64,000 bases of DNA from Eledone cirrhosa. Its lineage: Eukaryota. The position numbers and the translations under genes are program-made. Numbering within the stretch: the first letter of the stretch is position 1; each line of letters starts with the position of its first letter. Below, in pieces: positions 1 to 14,073 of this stretch. Location of the stretch: contig OZ024740.1 in the NCBI GenBank assembly GCA_964016885.1, positions 410,874,001 to 410,938,000 of the forward strand, in the 5' to 3' direction. The notes beneath the pieces are model-generated. The model did no database searches. It was not told the origin of the DNA and worked only from the letters and a program-made list of their open reading frames with translations.

Positions 1-1944
1 GGGAAAGTGTAACAGGAATGATTGTGGGAACTACAGAGGTATATCATTGCTTTCTGTCGTAGGGAAAGTTTTATGTAGGGTGCTTCTGGACCGTCTGTTG
101 ACACACATTGCAGATTGTGTTCTTCCTGAAAGTCAATCTGGTTTTCGTGCTGGACGCGGCACTACTGATATGATCCTCTCAGCTAGACAGCTCCAGGAGA
201 AGTGCGAACAAGGTTTGGATCTGTATCAGGTTTTTATCGATCTCACAAAAGCTTTCGATACTGTTAACAGAAATGCATTATGGAAGGTTTTCCAGAAATT
301 TGGTTGCCCTGATAAGTTCCTTGCTTTAGTTAGGTCTTTCCATGACGACATAAAGGTTTGTGTTAATGTCGGAGGTAACATGTCGGAGCCTATCTCAGTA
401 AAAAAATGGAGTGAAACAGTGGGATATTCCAGCGCCGACCCCGTTTGCCATATACTTTCCAATGGTTTTCTGTATTGCATTCAGGAATTGCGAGCATAGT
501 GTTTACATCCGATATCGAACCTCAGGCAGCATATTTAACACCAGGTGCTTTGCTGCAAAAACAAAGTATTTACATCAATCATAAGAGACCTCTTGTATGC
601 AGATGATTGCGATCTTCTAGCGCACACAGAGAGTGATATGCAGCACATTTTGAATGCATTTTCTGATGCTTGCACTGCCCTAGGTTTGACTGTCAGTCTC
701 AAGAAAACCGTCGTCATATACCAACCTGCCCCTGGTAAGCAGTACAGTGAAACAAATATCTATGTGTATGGTAAACGACTTGGAGTGGTTGATCAGTCTG
801 TCTACCTGGGAAGCACTGTCAATCGATACAGCAACCTTGAGAGTGAAATCTCACTCAGGATTAGGAAAGCAAGTAATGCTTTCGGAAAGCTAGAAAGGTG
901 ACTCTGGGGTCGGCGAGACATATGCAAGAAGACAAAGGTAAAGTTGTACAAGGCATGTGTGCTCTCTTCTCTTCTTTATGCCTGCGAGACCTGGGTCACA
1001 TATCGACACCACCTTAAGCAATTGGAGCGTTTCCATCAGATGTGTCTCAGACGGATCCATGGTGTTCGCTGGAGGGACCACATCAGTGATGTCGAGATTT
1101 TGGATAGCTCTGTGTGACAATATAGAAGCTCTTGTGCTTAAGCAACGACTCCGTTGGAGTGGTCACCTTGCCAGGATAAAGGATTCTAGAATACCAAAAC
1201 AACTCTTTTATGGAGAGTTAGTTAAAGGAAAACGACCGCCACATAAACCCAAAAAGAGGTATAAGGATTTCTTGAAAGCCTCTTTGAAAGACGCTAACAT
1301 CTCTGCTGATAGATGGGAAAATGTTGCTGCTGATCGTAATAAATGGAGAAAGACTGTATATGAAGGAAAAGTTGCCTTTGAGGCATCTCGAATCGCATAC
1401 GAGAAAGTAAAGCCGGATGTGAGGAAGGGCATTGCTGTTGCACTTCCAGACGGCGAGGGTCCTCCTATGGTGGTGATATGCAGCGTCTGTGCGAGACTCT
1501 GCCTAAGTAAAGTTGGACTCGCAGTCATAAAGTAAGACCAGTGGTTGACTACCAGGCTGCTGTTGGAGATGCTACTCATCATGCTTGCCAAGCATGTGGT
1601 AGAGAATATAAATCAGCAGGAGGGCTCAAACGACATGCAAAAGTACATGAACTCCAACCACAGCCGGCTATTCCCAGTGAATGTTTTGGTTGCCGACTCT
1701 GTGCAAGACATTTTAGATCATTGGCTGGGCTAAAAAGCCACATTCGATCGCAGCGGTGTTAATTGCTATGGTGTGTGTGTATAGATATGTTTATGTGTGT
1801 GCGTGTGTGTGTATATATATATTTGTATATTATTATTGTTGTCGTTATTCTTATTGTTGTTATTATTATTATTATTGTTATTTTTATGTTTTTTTTCTTT
1901 TTAGTCGGGCAATGGCCATAGTCGATAACGAGGAGGCAGCCATC

Positions 1945-1977
<33 letters not shown>

Positions 1978-2020
1978 TGTATGTATGTATGTATGTATGT
2001 ATGTATGTATGTATGTATGT
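1..2020 (+). mobile_element. RTE-clade LINE, 3' part (RT, C-terminal C2H2 zinc fingers, 3' UTR, (ATGT)n tail); frameshifted and cut by the window edge
   Basis: ORFs 47-499, 545-901, 957-1535 and 1541-1762 carry LPESQSGFRAGRGTTDMI, FIDLTKAFDTVNR, LLYADD, RLRWSGHLAR, QLFYGEL and C2H2 motifs (CQACGREYKSAGGLKRHAKVH). A 3' hairpin at ~1912-1942 precedes (ATGT)n at ~1948-2020. Confidence 0.93.
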
Positions 2021-2039
2021 CTCTTGAGTGCTACTGTTA

Positions 2040-2640
2040 ACATGTAACCCAGTTCAACCTGTCGCATGGTCATGTCGTAGGTGACTAAACCGGCAACCCC
2101 ACCAAGTTTACTTGGTGAGGAGGGTAATTTTGGACACCCTGCAGGACGAAAAGCAAAACCTGACAAAGGGCGGAATAACTCATAAGAGTCAACAGCCATC
2201 CAAAAATACGTAAATATGTATATACACATGTACATATGTTGTATATACACATGTACATATGTTGTATATGCATGTGTGCATGTGTATATATGTGTATATA
2301 TATGTGTATATATGTGTATATATGTATATATGTATATACATGTGTATATATATATGCGCGGGGAAATAGGAATAATCGGAATGGATACCCGATCATGCGG
2401 TTAAACCACTGGGAGTGAAGGACCCCTAGCCTTTGTAAAGGGCATTCTTCTAGGAGAAGGCAAATCAGGAAACTGGGATAACTCCGACATAAAACTTACG
2501 GCCCAGTTGTTACCGATGATGTTGATCTTTTCTTCTTTTCGAGTTATAACTATTGTCGCTCAGAGAGTCGGATTGGCTCAGTGCACAGTCTTTCTTCACT
2601 TAAAAAAAAATGTTCACGCACAGGCATTGCATGATAAAAT
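2040..2640 (+). mobile_element. RTE-type 5' UTR-like fragment split by a TA/TG microsatellite
   Basis: 2075-2205 and 2420-2630 align with 3350-3480 and 3496-3675. Shared motifs include CACCAAG-n4-CTTGGTG and TAGGAGAAGG. Confidence 0.6.
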
Positions 2641-2649
2641 TAATTGATA

Positions 2650-3307
2650 TCTATATATATAAAGTAGTATCACTGTCTGTTTGTTTGTTCACGAACTCCT
2701 CCTATGGTTTTGGAGATAGACCTCCATAAACATATATATTCTGAAACTAAATTACCCAGGGTACTTGGATAAGTATATTTCATTTTAATCAAAGGGTTCC
2801 TCGGAGGCACAAATCCCCCGCTGAAAGTTCTTCCCTTCGATTTATCTGAAATTTAAACCATAAGTAAATGATAAGAGATGATGCCTATACTCAAAATTTC
2901 GGGAAATTTCAATAATAGTAAGGCACCCTAATGGGGTTAAACCTCCTATTAGGGTTACCTCGAGGTACAAACCCCCGATGAAAATATTTTCCCTTCGATT
3001 TATATGAAATTTAAACTATAGGTAAATGATAAGATATGATGCCTATTTACAAAAGTTTTCAATTGATATTTTGAAAAAAACTATTTACAGGAAACGAAAT
3101 AAGAAAACGATTTAATAATGTCATTTTGATTTGATATATTACAAAAAATAATTGTTTCTACTTTTTCATGCATTACATCTTACATTGAGTCATATTGAAA
3201 TACAGAGTTTTTCTCCATAAATGATATCACTGATTTAAAATCAATCATCATTTTCTTACAGAAAAAGAAATGTGTGAAACGCAGCAAGGCGCGAGCAATT
3301 CGGGTAG
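2650..3307 (+). mobile_element. Non-autonomous Helitron-like element
   Basis: Starts A|TCTATATATATAAA. Ends with a GC-rich subterminal motif and GTAG|T (degenerate CTAG). Internal duplication ~2790-2910 vs ~2950-3060. Confidence 0.55.
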
Positions 3308-3329
3308 TTATCAATAATGTTATATTGAG

Positions 3330-3900
3330 CAATGGCCATACTTGATCGGGTCGTTGGCGACTAAACTGGCAACCCACCAAGGTTTCTTGGTGAGGAGGGT
3401 GACGTTGGACATCCCGCGGGACTAAAAACAAAACCTGTCAAAGGGCAAAGGAGCTCTTAAGAGTCAATGGCCATCCAAATTCACCGGGAGAGATGACCCC
3501 TTAGCCTTTGTCAAGGCAGAATTCTAGGAGAAGGAAAACTCTGATATAACCCTGATGGTATCCAATGATGTTGACTTGTTCTTCTTTTTGGTAAATATCA
3601 TCTTGGATAAGAGAGTGGGACTGGCTTTGTGCAGTGCCTTTGCTCACTATAAAAGCTTCACGGCACAGGCATTGCTTTACATCTGGAGATCTCTCTGCAC
3701 TTGTCGTCACATGGTACCATGGGCCCAGCACTATGTGTCAATAATTGTCACAAGTGTAGTGTTTGTACCAGAGTTTTCAATTCGTTGGCTGGACTAAAAA
3801 GTCACACTCGTTCAGCCCATCGGTAGGGGTTCTCCTACATGGATGTAAAGTAGTGGCCGTACTCGAAAACGAGTTAGCAGCCACCATGTATGTATGTATG
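3330..3900 (+). mobile_element. Internally deleted (bipartite) RTE derivative: 5' UTR-like part fused to the RTE 3' end
   Basis: 3748-3825 encodes HKCSVCTRVFNSLAGLKSHTRSAHR*, homologous to the last zinc finger of the 1-2020 LINE. The 3' hairpin GTGGC..CTCGAAAACGAG..GCCAC and (ATGT)n tail match that LINE's end. Confidence 0.75.
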
Positions 3901-4029
3901 CACGTATATATATATATATATATAGATATATAGATTTTGAGTATATGTTGGTTGTATACCAACACCTCAGTATGCAGGCTGGATCACTCGACGAAGTACG
4001 CAGGTTGGTTTGGTTACTCCGGAGTAATG

Positions 4030-4819
4030 TAAAATAAAGTTAAATAAAAAGTCAAATGTTTAAAATTTAGCTTCGTTTATTGCTGCTATATATATTTCAG
4101 TGACAGCCATCTTTGGCTGTGACCTTTTCAGGCAGTTTGAATTAGTGTGGTATAGGCAAGTACATATGTTGTTGAGGTGTATAATATTATCAATACTCTG
4201 ATATGCCCAGTTCCTGGTTGGGTTGTTATTTCACTGAGGTACTGGAATCATATGAATTCAAACAAACGAATTTCAGTGTCAAAGGGCCTCTTCTCCTCTC
4301 ATTGGTCAGTTGTTATTGTTGGAGTTAGCTTAAAAAATTGATAAAGTGGTAGATGGGACAAGGTGTCAAAGGAACAAAATAACAAAAGAAGTGTCAAACT
4401 TCCAATTGGTCAGTTCTGAGAGCATTCCTCAGTCAGAAGTCTATAGAATTCTTTCTGGGGTGAGGCTCCCTGTGGTGGTTGTGTTTATCTATTTTTTAAG
4501 CTAACTCCAACAATAACAACACTTAGAATGAGGAATGCTCTAACAACTGACCAATGAGAGGAGAAGGGGACCTTTGACACTGAAATTCGTTTGTTTGAAT
4601 TCATATGATTCCAGTACCTCAGTGAAATAACAACCCAACCAGGAACTGGGCATATCAGAGTATTGACAATATTATACACCTCAACAACATATGTACTTGT
4701 CTATACCACACTAATTCAAACTGCCTGAAGAGGTCACAGCCAAAGATGGCTGTCACTGAAATATATATAGCAGCAATAAACGAAGCTAAATTTTAAACAT
4801 TAAACTTTTTATTTAACTT

Positions 4820-4826
<7 letters not shown>
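4030..4826. repeat. Palindromic (inverted-repeat) non-coding element with an HHR in each arm; PLE pseudo-LTR-like
   Basis: Arm 4030-4338 is the reverse complement of 4491-4826. The right end abuts (TA)n. Confidence 0.88.
4721..4773 (+). ncRNA. Minimal type I hammerhead ribozyme (family A)
   Basis: CTGC-CTGAAGA-[GGTCACAGCCA AAGA TGGCTGTCACT]-GAAA-TATAT-ATA-GCAG. Stem I is CTGC/GCAG and stem III is palindromic. The minus-strand copy at 4083-4135 has a mutated core (CTGAAAA). Confidence 0.8.
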
Positions 4827-4866
<40 letters not shown>

Positions 4867-4900
4867 CATATATATATTTATATATATATACATACATACA

Positions 4901-5000
<100 letters not shown>

Positions 5001-5077
5001 TAAACCCACACACATACACTCGCACAAAGCAATGAATACAGACATATAACGTGTGTAAATAAATATATGTATATATG

Positions 5078-5122
<45 letters not shown>

Positions 5123-5192
5123 AAGCACACACTCGCATATGTGTCTGTATTCGTGGCTTTGTGTATGTGTGGGTTTATATCTATGTCTATAT

Positions 5193-5261
<69 letters not shown>

Positions 5262-8200
5262 TAGAGAAAGAGAAAGAGATAGAGAGAGAGAGGGAAAGGG
5301 AGAGAGAGGCAGAGAAAGAGTGATAAAGAGAGAGAAAGGGAAAGAGAAATAATGTGATGCAGAAATATGCTGAGACAGATAAATAGGGAGACAACCGACA
5401 TAATTAGCCGTGTCAGTATGTTATGAATAATACACATTTCGTTGACTGTTCATGTGTGAAATATATCTTAATACAAATATTTCCTGTGGTCAACGAACTT
5501 GAGTTCTAGCCACAATTACATGCAGTTTGTTGCAATATTATTGATTAAAACTAACTTTTTGGTAATGTGATGGTCTCACTTACATATACTGTGATGCTTT
5601 TCTCTTCTTTTTTTCCCCATTTAGAACTTCTTGACAACATTCTGTTGGACAACTACATATTTTGAAGAGAAATAACATTTGCTTTCTTATATTGTCTTCT
5701 TTCTCATTAACTATATGTTCTATCTTTCTGTGTAAACATGAACCTCTTTGGGTGAGAAATACATAATTATGCACTATGGAGTAAGGTAAATAGACAGCAT
5801 ATTTTTATCTCGATATATATGACGGTGAATTCTGTATCTATATTATAAAACTTCCAATTGAATTTCAGGATTTCTCTTAACCGAAAGGGTGTACAGGATA
5901 TTGATTTCCGCGTGATTACTTTCCTATCTGTGTATGGCACGTCAGTATAGTAGAAAAAAGACAGGAGATTTATGGTTAGATATAGATTGTATATAAATTC
6001 CTACTCAGATAGAACCAAGATAAATGAATAGCAAGCTATTACCAATGTAGCATCAGTTATTCTATCCAACATTCCTCCTCAATATAGAAAACAAAACAAA
6101 AACGATTTCAAATACTTCTGAAACGTTGGAGTATTTCCTACCATTTAGATGTCAGTTAAATGATATAATTGATTTGTTCATGTAGTTATCACAGATATCA
6201 CAGGATGCACATTATCACTAAATAACAAACATACGCATTGCACAAATGGAAAGAAAATTGTATTTTCTATTCTTTGCGTATTGACAGAAATTATTACACA
6301 TATTCTTAATCCACTCAAACATACATACACAAATAAACACACACGCATACAAACAAACACACACATAAACACTCACATATCAAGCAGAACCATATGTTTG
6401 AGCGTGTACAGGAGTTCGTTGAAGAATTCTCTTTGTATAATGTGCTTCAACAATAAATGCATGTTATTTATTGTTGAAGCACATATTTCTAGAAGTAGTT
6501 TTCTTCGTTGAATGTTGATTGTTGGAGCGATCAATACAATTACATATCATCACCTTTGTTATGATATGCCGTTTTCTAAACTGACATGTTATGGAAGAAA
6601 AGAAAAAAACATATGTCTGATCTTATTTGTTGTTACATCCATTAAGAAATTTTTTTGGATAATCACCTGGAACTAGAATCACCACTTACATTTCTGTATT
6701 ATCTACAAAGTCGAAATTATCAGGAAATGCCTTGTGTGCTAAATACTCCAGGTAGCTGTTCTTTGCGTGGGAAACTGGGAAACTACCAATAGAGTAACAC
6801 AGTGATACATGAGGTGTAGAAAAATATGGAAGATGGAACTAGAGGAATATTCATCTCATATTTTGTTATTTGGAACGAATTCTTCAGAAGTCGATTTTGC
6901 ACCTGATCAAATCTCACAGAGTAGATATATATTAAACTCATTCTATACGTAACTATTTTGTTTGTTTAAATATACCTTGGAATAAAGTATCTAATTGTTC
7001 ATTACCATGTGTAAGATAGTAACGTAGTTGATATTGTAACATATCGAGCAAGCATGTAGAGGCTCCCGTGAAGATATCAAAATAGAAATTTAACATGATT
7101 ATATAACTTTATTTTCTCCAGAGTCCTTTAGTTTTGACCTGTACCTATCTGCTATCTGACTTAGTTCATAGATGTTTGAAAGAAGAGATTTTGCTGGAGA
7201 TTGACAGGCGGAGTAAACCTCAACGTAATTCAATGACAATTGGTTATTTAAATTTATCGCTTTAGATTGAGTATAGATCTTTGATAAAAGCAATATATTT
7301 CACATAGATGTACTTACATTGAATGCAATACGAATAGCTGAGTGTATTTCAACAAATATTGATGTTTTTGTTATAAGTATTTTATGAATCAAACGGAAAT
7401 CGTTAAGTTATAATTATCTAACTTGGATTATGTGATGCGAATGCGGTAACATGTGAGAGTTTACTTGCTACAATCGATATAGATATTAATTGATTCTGTA
7501 ACATTTATAACGCTGTTGATTGAATCGGCATACATATATTCGATTTCTATAAATCAGCAGTTTTATCTCTCGATTTACTAGTATTAGAATGATGAGAATC
7601 ACATCTCCCATTGGATAGGAGGCTTGCATACGGCATGTAACATCTTCCACGGAAGAAGTTCCAAATTGTAACGTAAATCGATGTCTGATTCACTAACTCT
7701 ACATTGCTTACTTGTTGTTACTTTTTAGACTACATCAACTCTGGTTAAAAAGATCTGTGATCAATGGGATGTAAGTAATGATCAACCTATCATATTTAAT
7801 TAAGACAACCTTTTGTAATGTGTTCTTCCTTATATTTGATAGTAAGGTGAATTCTGAGATATAGCTGCAGGCCAAGTAACCACATAGATGCTCTCTCATT
7901 GGACCCCCCGCACTTAGATATAAATAAGCGCATTTGGCATATTTGTATGTTGAGATATCAAGTGACGTTGGTGTGTCACCGCATCATGATAGTAGTCATG
8001 GCTAATGTGATATTTGTATACGTTACTGTCAGAATTTCTATTTTGAGCATTCGATTTATACATCGACGGTATTGGATTTTAATTTTGCTTGTGCTTTGAG
8101 TAATATTTTCATTATTCAGTGTCACTTTTTTTGGCAGCGTGTTTCACTAATATTGAGTTCTTTCTTGTATGAAGTACAATTCAAACGTATGTTGTTTTAA

Positions 8201-11165
8201 ATGCTTGGGGAGCCGTTAAAAGCGAATCGTAGACACACAATTAGAGGATGTGTTAGCAAGCTCATAAATATACGACACACATACGTTTTGGCGTGTAATG
8301 GTCACACCAAGCAATATTGAAATATAAACGAAAACTTAGAAAAGAAATACGTATAAACTCTCAACATGCAGAATATCATGGATAATACTCCGAGTATGAA
8401 TAATACTCCAAGCAATAATATGAAGAATGCACTCCATGTCAAATACTTATATAGAATATAATATATTCATCTCGTATTTTAGGACAAAGATATGCAGTTA
8501 TATGCGCATGCATACATGAAGACTGTGGCTCTCCACATACCCCCCCCCCCCCCCTCACACACACACAAGTGTCAATGTTCAATATATCTCTATTCAAAAC
8601 AGCATTTTGGTTCATCATTTCAAACAAAGCTCAAGAAAAATGAAAAAGACATCGATCCAAAAGGGAGTGCAGCCATTAATCCAATCAACAAAAACAAGAC
8701 CAAACACCCCTATTAAAATTCGGAAACCCTCACAAAATGCAGTATCAAGTACAAACTAATAAAATAGATGAACAAATTATTAAAATCGTTATAACGCAGA
8801 CAGCCATATTCATTGGACGAAACAAAGAATGATTTATTAATTCGAAAGGAGAATTAAAGTTGTAACCCTGGCAACTCCAGGCGTATTATTGGCTTTAAAA
8901 TTCTAACAATCTCTCGTCGGCCTTAAAAGAATGATTAACAATAGTATACACCACCAAAGCTAAACGTAACTAGAAAACATTAGAAAACGCATATACACTC
9001 TACAGATTTTCCCACGAATTAACACACATACATTCTCTCTCACACTATCAGAAATACAGTGAACCAGTAATAAGTTCTGCTGGAAAGCAATAACACAGAA
9101 CGGTATTTGTACACCGGTCTTACTGTAAAACAAATAAATACGGTAATAATTTATAACGTTTTATTAATAGTAACTAGCAAATATTACATTCTATTCCGTT
9201 CGATATGCTTATATTGCATTGGTTTCTCTAATTACAGAGAAATTTGATGTTCATATCCCTATCAAATGAAATTACTTTATAATCAAATAGAAATATCTTC
9301 AGATCAGAATGGAGAAACAATTAAATAGATGGAGGTATCTTCATAGACTACCGTAATCCACTTTACCATTCCAATATACCAGATCTATGAAATAACTTGT
9401 AGCAAAGTAGTGAGGTGTATTTACCTGACTATATAATGAAAGCCATACAACATTGAGCTGATCTTTCAATGTGAGAAATCATTATTGTTTGGAACCTGTT
9501 TTGGTGAGAATATTTATAGCCAGGTTCAAAAGGATGTAATTGATATTGCTTGTAATTATAGGATCTGTCGTATGATGTATCAATGTGTAATTTTCTCCAC
9601 TGTCAAAGATACAATCCCAGTATCAAAATTGTATCTGTGATGCAGATGAATGAATTTAACTTTCATCGAGATATTATCCAACGTATCACACAAATGGTGA
9701 TTTCAATTTGTTCAATTGCGATTTTCCTTCTCGTTCCAATATAAATACATATATCAAATATAAATTACTTGTTGTATCTATGAGATGTACCGAATATATA
9801 CTTAGATTTCGGCAAGGAAACTGGAAATTTGAAATTATTAATGCTAATTAAAATGTCAAGCTCTTAGCTAATAAAATGCTAAATGAAAACATATCCGTGT
9901 TAGATATGGCAGTATTTTGTTTTTCATTTCATTTAATACATAAATTTGTTTCGAAAATGTATAAGAAATGCTGAATTACTCTAGTGTATTTTCCCAATGT
10001 GTTAATGGTGGTGGTGCATGCGATATGTGCTTGGATCTGTGGACGCATTGCACTTCATTTTAGGAGGCAGAGGAAATATGAATTGATTTAGCCAATGTTA
10101 CAGATATTGACAACTATTAACCCACTGCAACTCTATAGAATTTAATAACGATATGCATAGAAAAGAAATACGAATAACGAATGAAATTTATATTCTATAA
10201 ACGAAAGAAATTTCATGTATATAAAATAGTTATATACTGAATATATAAAGAGCTAATGAAAAACCAATATTCACTCCCACAATCAACGTTTTAGAAAATG
10301 TATAAGAAATGCTGAATTCAGCGTATTTTCCCGATATAAAATTGATATGACAAACCATCAAGGAAATTCGAAATAGGAAATTGAAACCAAATTAATCCTT
10401 TGAATGTTTTATTGATTATGATGAAAATGTCAGAGCACGTTAATAGATATTTCTCTACTATAGGACACACTTGCACAAACGCCTTAATTTATTCCTTAAA
10501 TAACTACACTGTTTTGACAAAGTAACTCTATCTCCTCTCACTTGTAATTATAAACGTATTGCTGTAGAGGGTACTACAGAAATTGTTTTTGTTTTGAAAC
10601 CAAAACCTCTACTAGTCTTTCCTAATGCTTAAAAGTACCGTATCCGAAACATTTTATTTACTAATTAATAAACTCTTGTATACTTGTATAACTCTGACCC
10701 ATCAAATGTTGACCATTTTATTATTTTTTTCAAAAACTTTAAGAAAAAATCATTTTATATCTATCGATAAAATATCTCTATTTTCCATCATACCTTACAT
10801 GCGAGAAAAAGCTATTTTTCTTCAACTGTATTTGATTCTCTACGAAAACTACTTATTTCTTCATAATACAATATGATGCACACACAAATCATCCTTCAAC
10901 AGAGGATGCAATCATGCTGTATTTAAAACGAATTTTAATTGAGACAACCGAGAAAATCCACAATTCAGAATATTCCTACTACCACAAAATAATCTCACTA
11001 AATTATTTTATTACCGAATATTAGTTTATTGAGTACTATGTTAAAATATATACCTCCTTACATTTAAAATCTCCAAGTCACCATTCTATGACCTCTATTC
11101 TTTAAGACCTCAAACATATTTGATTTCCACTTAGATGCTCATAAACCAGATACAAAACTCTTTAA

Positions 11166-11352
11166 ATAATTGTTTCTACTTTTGGCACAAGGCCAGCAAA
11201 TACCCAGTGCATTACTGGTACTTTATTTTATCGACTTCGTAAGGATGAAAGGCAAAGTTAACCTCGGCAGGATTTGAACTCAGATCAGAAAGGGGCGTAA
11301 CTCTGTGTTACAAAGCATGTTGTCCGACCCTCTACCGATACTGCCAAACCAC
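11166..11352 (-). mobile_element. tRNA-derived SINE (main family of this window)
   Basis: On the minus strand: A box TGGCAGTATCGG, B box GAGTTCAAATCC, central GCCTTTCATCCTTACG..GTCGATAAA domain, and 3' GGCCTTGTGCCAAAAGTAGAAACAATTATT. Confidence 0.85.
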
Positions 11353-11926
11353 AATGTCATTTTGCATGTTACATTACGAAAAAAAACTTGAATAAAGATT
11401 GAATATTTCAAGTACTAACAGAATATACTTTTAAACGTATCATGTTGACTAAGAGAAGATAAGCTTCCGTTGAACATTGCAAAAACTAAAAGTATACTCT
11501 TTCATCAACATCAGAAACATATTTATTTGATGAACATAATCGTAATATAGTTCTAGAAACCGTGATAAGAATCACCCCCCACCCACACCCACACACACAT
11601 ATATACATACATATGTGTGTGTATATGTGTGTGTATATGTGCGTGTACTTTTCCTCGTATGCGTACACATGCACAAATCAAAATTTGACTATAATTGTGG
11701 TCTTGGCGCTCTGCCTAATTTTCTGATGATTCTCGTGTTATCTAACAACTCTTACAGAATCAAATATCCATGCAATCAACCTTTCAGAAAATTTATGCTC
11801 GCTAACAATGCCTTTCTAAATTTATACCTCATGAAATAGATAAATTCGTTCCTCCCTTTAAATAACATATAAACAATAAACATACGAATAATAAAGCCAA
11901 CAATATAGCACAATAAGCACAGTCAA

Positions 11927-12068
11927 GGCGCATGGGTTAGTAGTTAGAGCATTGGGGTTGCAATCGAAAGGTTGTGAGTTCAATTCTCGGACCGGGTGAT
12001 GTGTTGTTTCCTTGAGCAAGACACTTTATTTCACGTTGTTCCAGTTTACTCACCTGTAGAAATGAGAT
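11927..12068 (+). mobile_element. Second tRNA-derived SINE family
   Basis: tRNA-like head (GGTTAGTAGTTAGAGC; GAGTTCAATTC) followed by TCCTTGAGCAAGACACTTTATTTCAC. A related copy lies at ~14423-14530. Confidence 0.7.
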
Positions 12069-12979
12069 GATAGGACTGGGGTCCCTATCATTAAATCACC
12101 CAAAACACCTCCAACGAGATATACCATGGAGGGAGCCAGCTAAACCTGCACAGCATCTACCCCAAAACAGGAACTAGCCATTGAATCCGGTAGTATTTCT
12201 TTTCTCTGTAAGCGTTAGTCACTTTTATTGTAGTCACAAATACAGTATAACTATTCTCTCATCTGTATATTTACTTAAAATTCAAAACAAAATCAGAAAA
12301 AAAACAAAAAAACACTTGCTGATTTACAATTTTTACAAAACATTATAATTATTATGTTGATGCTTTATTGTTCCAATTATAAGAACGACAGACGTCATTG
12401 ATGCCCTGCTAACAAGTGTAGCCTTTGGCACCGAATTTCGACCATAAATATTTATTTTCTATGTAAATGTCTGCTCTAAATAAATGAATTGAATTTTATT
12501 TTCCATTTTCTTTAGCCGTATAAAAATTAAAAATATAAAAAAGTAAGCCACACTATTTACAAAGAAGAGAATAAAATGTTCTTAGGAATTGAATGAAGTA
12601 GTTAATTATTGAGAATGCACTAATCAGGTTAGTGAGTCCACCGAGAAGCATTATAATAAAGAACTATCATCATTTACATGACGGCCGGTAAAGTCATTTT
12701 ATATTTTATTTACAAATTTTGAAATATTTTTTAAATGTTACTAAAAATGGTAGGTTTTTACCAGAAACCAGTTCGTTGATTACTCAACAGCTTTTTAATA
12801 TATTCTTTTACATCTTTTAAGTCTGGAAGAGTTGCATCTTTGCACACAAAACTATTTTTGACAATTGCCCCAAGATAGTGGTAGCTGAATGAATTAAATT
12901 CTGTTATGGCATAACTATTACATTTGAATGTTACCCTAGAATAATTTGTCATATATTTGTAAACATGATACAATTTAGA

Positions 12980-13800
12980 AATATAATTGCATAGTGCATA
13001 TCATTGACATGTATAAGAAAAAGGAGGATACCTAATATTGAATATTAAGGAACATCGCAAGATATTGGTTTGTACACGGATTCAGTGTCCCCAATTTACA
13101 CAAATAGGTATCTTCTATCTAAGTAACTTTCGAACCTTGATACTCCTTTCCCAATAAATCATTATTATACAAGTTTTTTTAATAAGTATTCTATAATCAA
13201 TAGTGTTGAACGCTTTACTGGGGTCGATGAAATCTCCAAGTGTAACATATCTATTTGACATAACTGTCGTGATGACACTAATAAATTCTATCAGCACATA
13301 GTCTACACCGGAATTCTTTCGGAAACGAAACTGTTTAGATAAAAAGAAAAATAATTGTTTCTACTTTAGGCACAAGGCCAGCAATTACCCAGTGCATTAC
13401 TGGTACTTTATTTTATCGACCCCGTAAGGATGAAAGGCAAAGTCAACCTCGGCGGGATTTGAACTCAGATCGTAAAGGGACGTAACTATGCTGGAAAGCA
13501 TGGCGTCCGACCCTCGACCGATACTGCCAATACACCATTATTTTCTAAGACGTCGCAGAGACGAAAGTGTATGAGTCTCTCCAGCAATTTGGAGAAGACT
13601 GGTAAGATTGATATTGGTCAGTAATTACGAGTTTCTGTCATTTCATTTAAAAAGCGTCATGACTATGGCAATTTTCATTTTATCCGGGAACACTCTGGAT
13701 GCAAATGAAGTATTAAAGACATGTAGCAATGCGACCTCTATTGATTCGTATGCATTTTTAATATTTTTTGAAAAGCGGCGATCTGAATTCACATTCTCCT
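12980..13800 (-). pseudogene. Decayed CR1/L2-group LINE reverse transcriptase fragment, interrupted by a SINE
   Basis: The minus strand reads NY*PISILPVFSKLLERLI, QFRFRKNS..FIDPSKAFNTIDYRIL and CDVP*YSILGILLFLIHVND, which are degenerate RT motifs. Confidence 0.8.
13350..13537 (-). mobile_element. tRNA-derived SINE (main family), nested in the CR1/L2 relic
   Basis: Near-identical to 18021-18211. Confidence 0.88.
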
Positions 13801-13945
13801 ACTTTAAGTAATTTTCTCTAAGTATATATATCTTAAAGTATATACAAACATGCTCATAGGATCATCCAAACCCACAAACAATACACACACACATATATAC
13901 ATACACATATATATATATATATATACATATTTATATATATATATG

Positions 13946-14004
<59 letters not shown>

Positions 14005-14012
14005 TGTATGTG

Positions 14013-14073
<61 letters not shown>

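Noticed and set aside
5450-11150. Host gene exons in the unique-looking AT-rich stretch
   Set aside because: Only short ORFs without recognisable motifs. Small exons cannot be excluded without RNA-seq.
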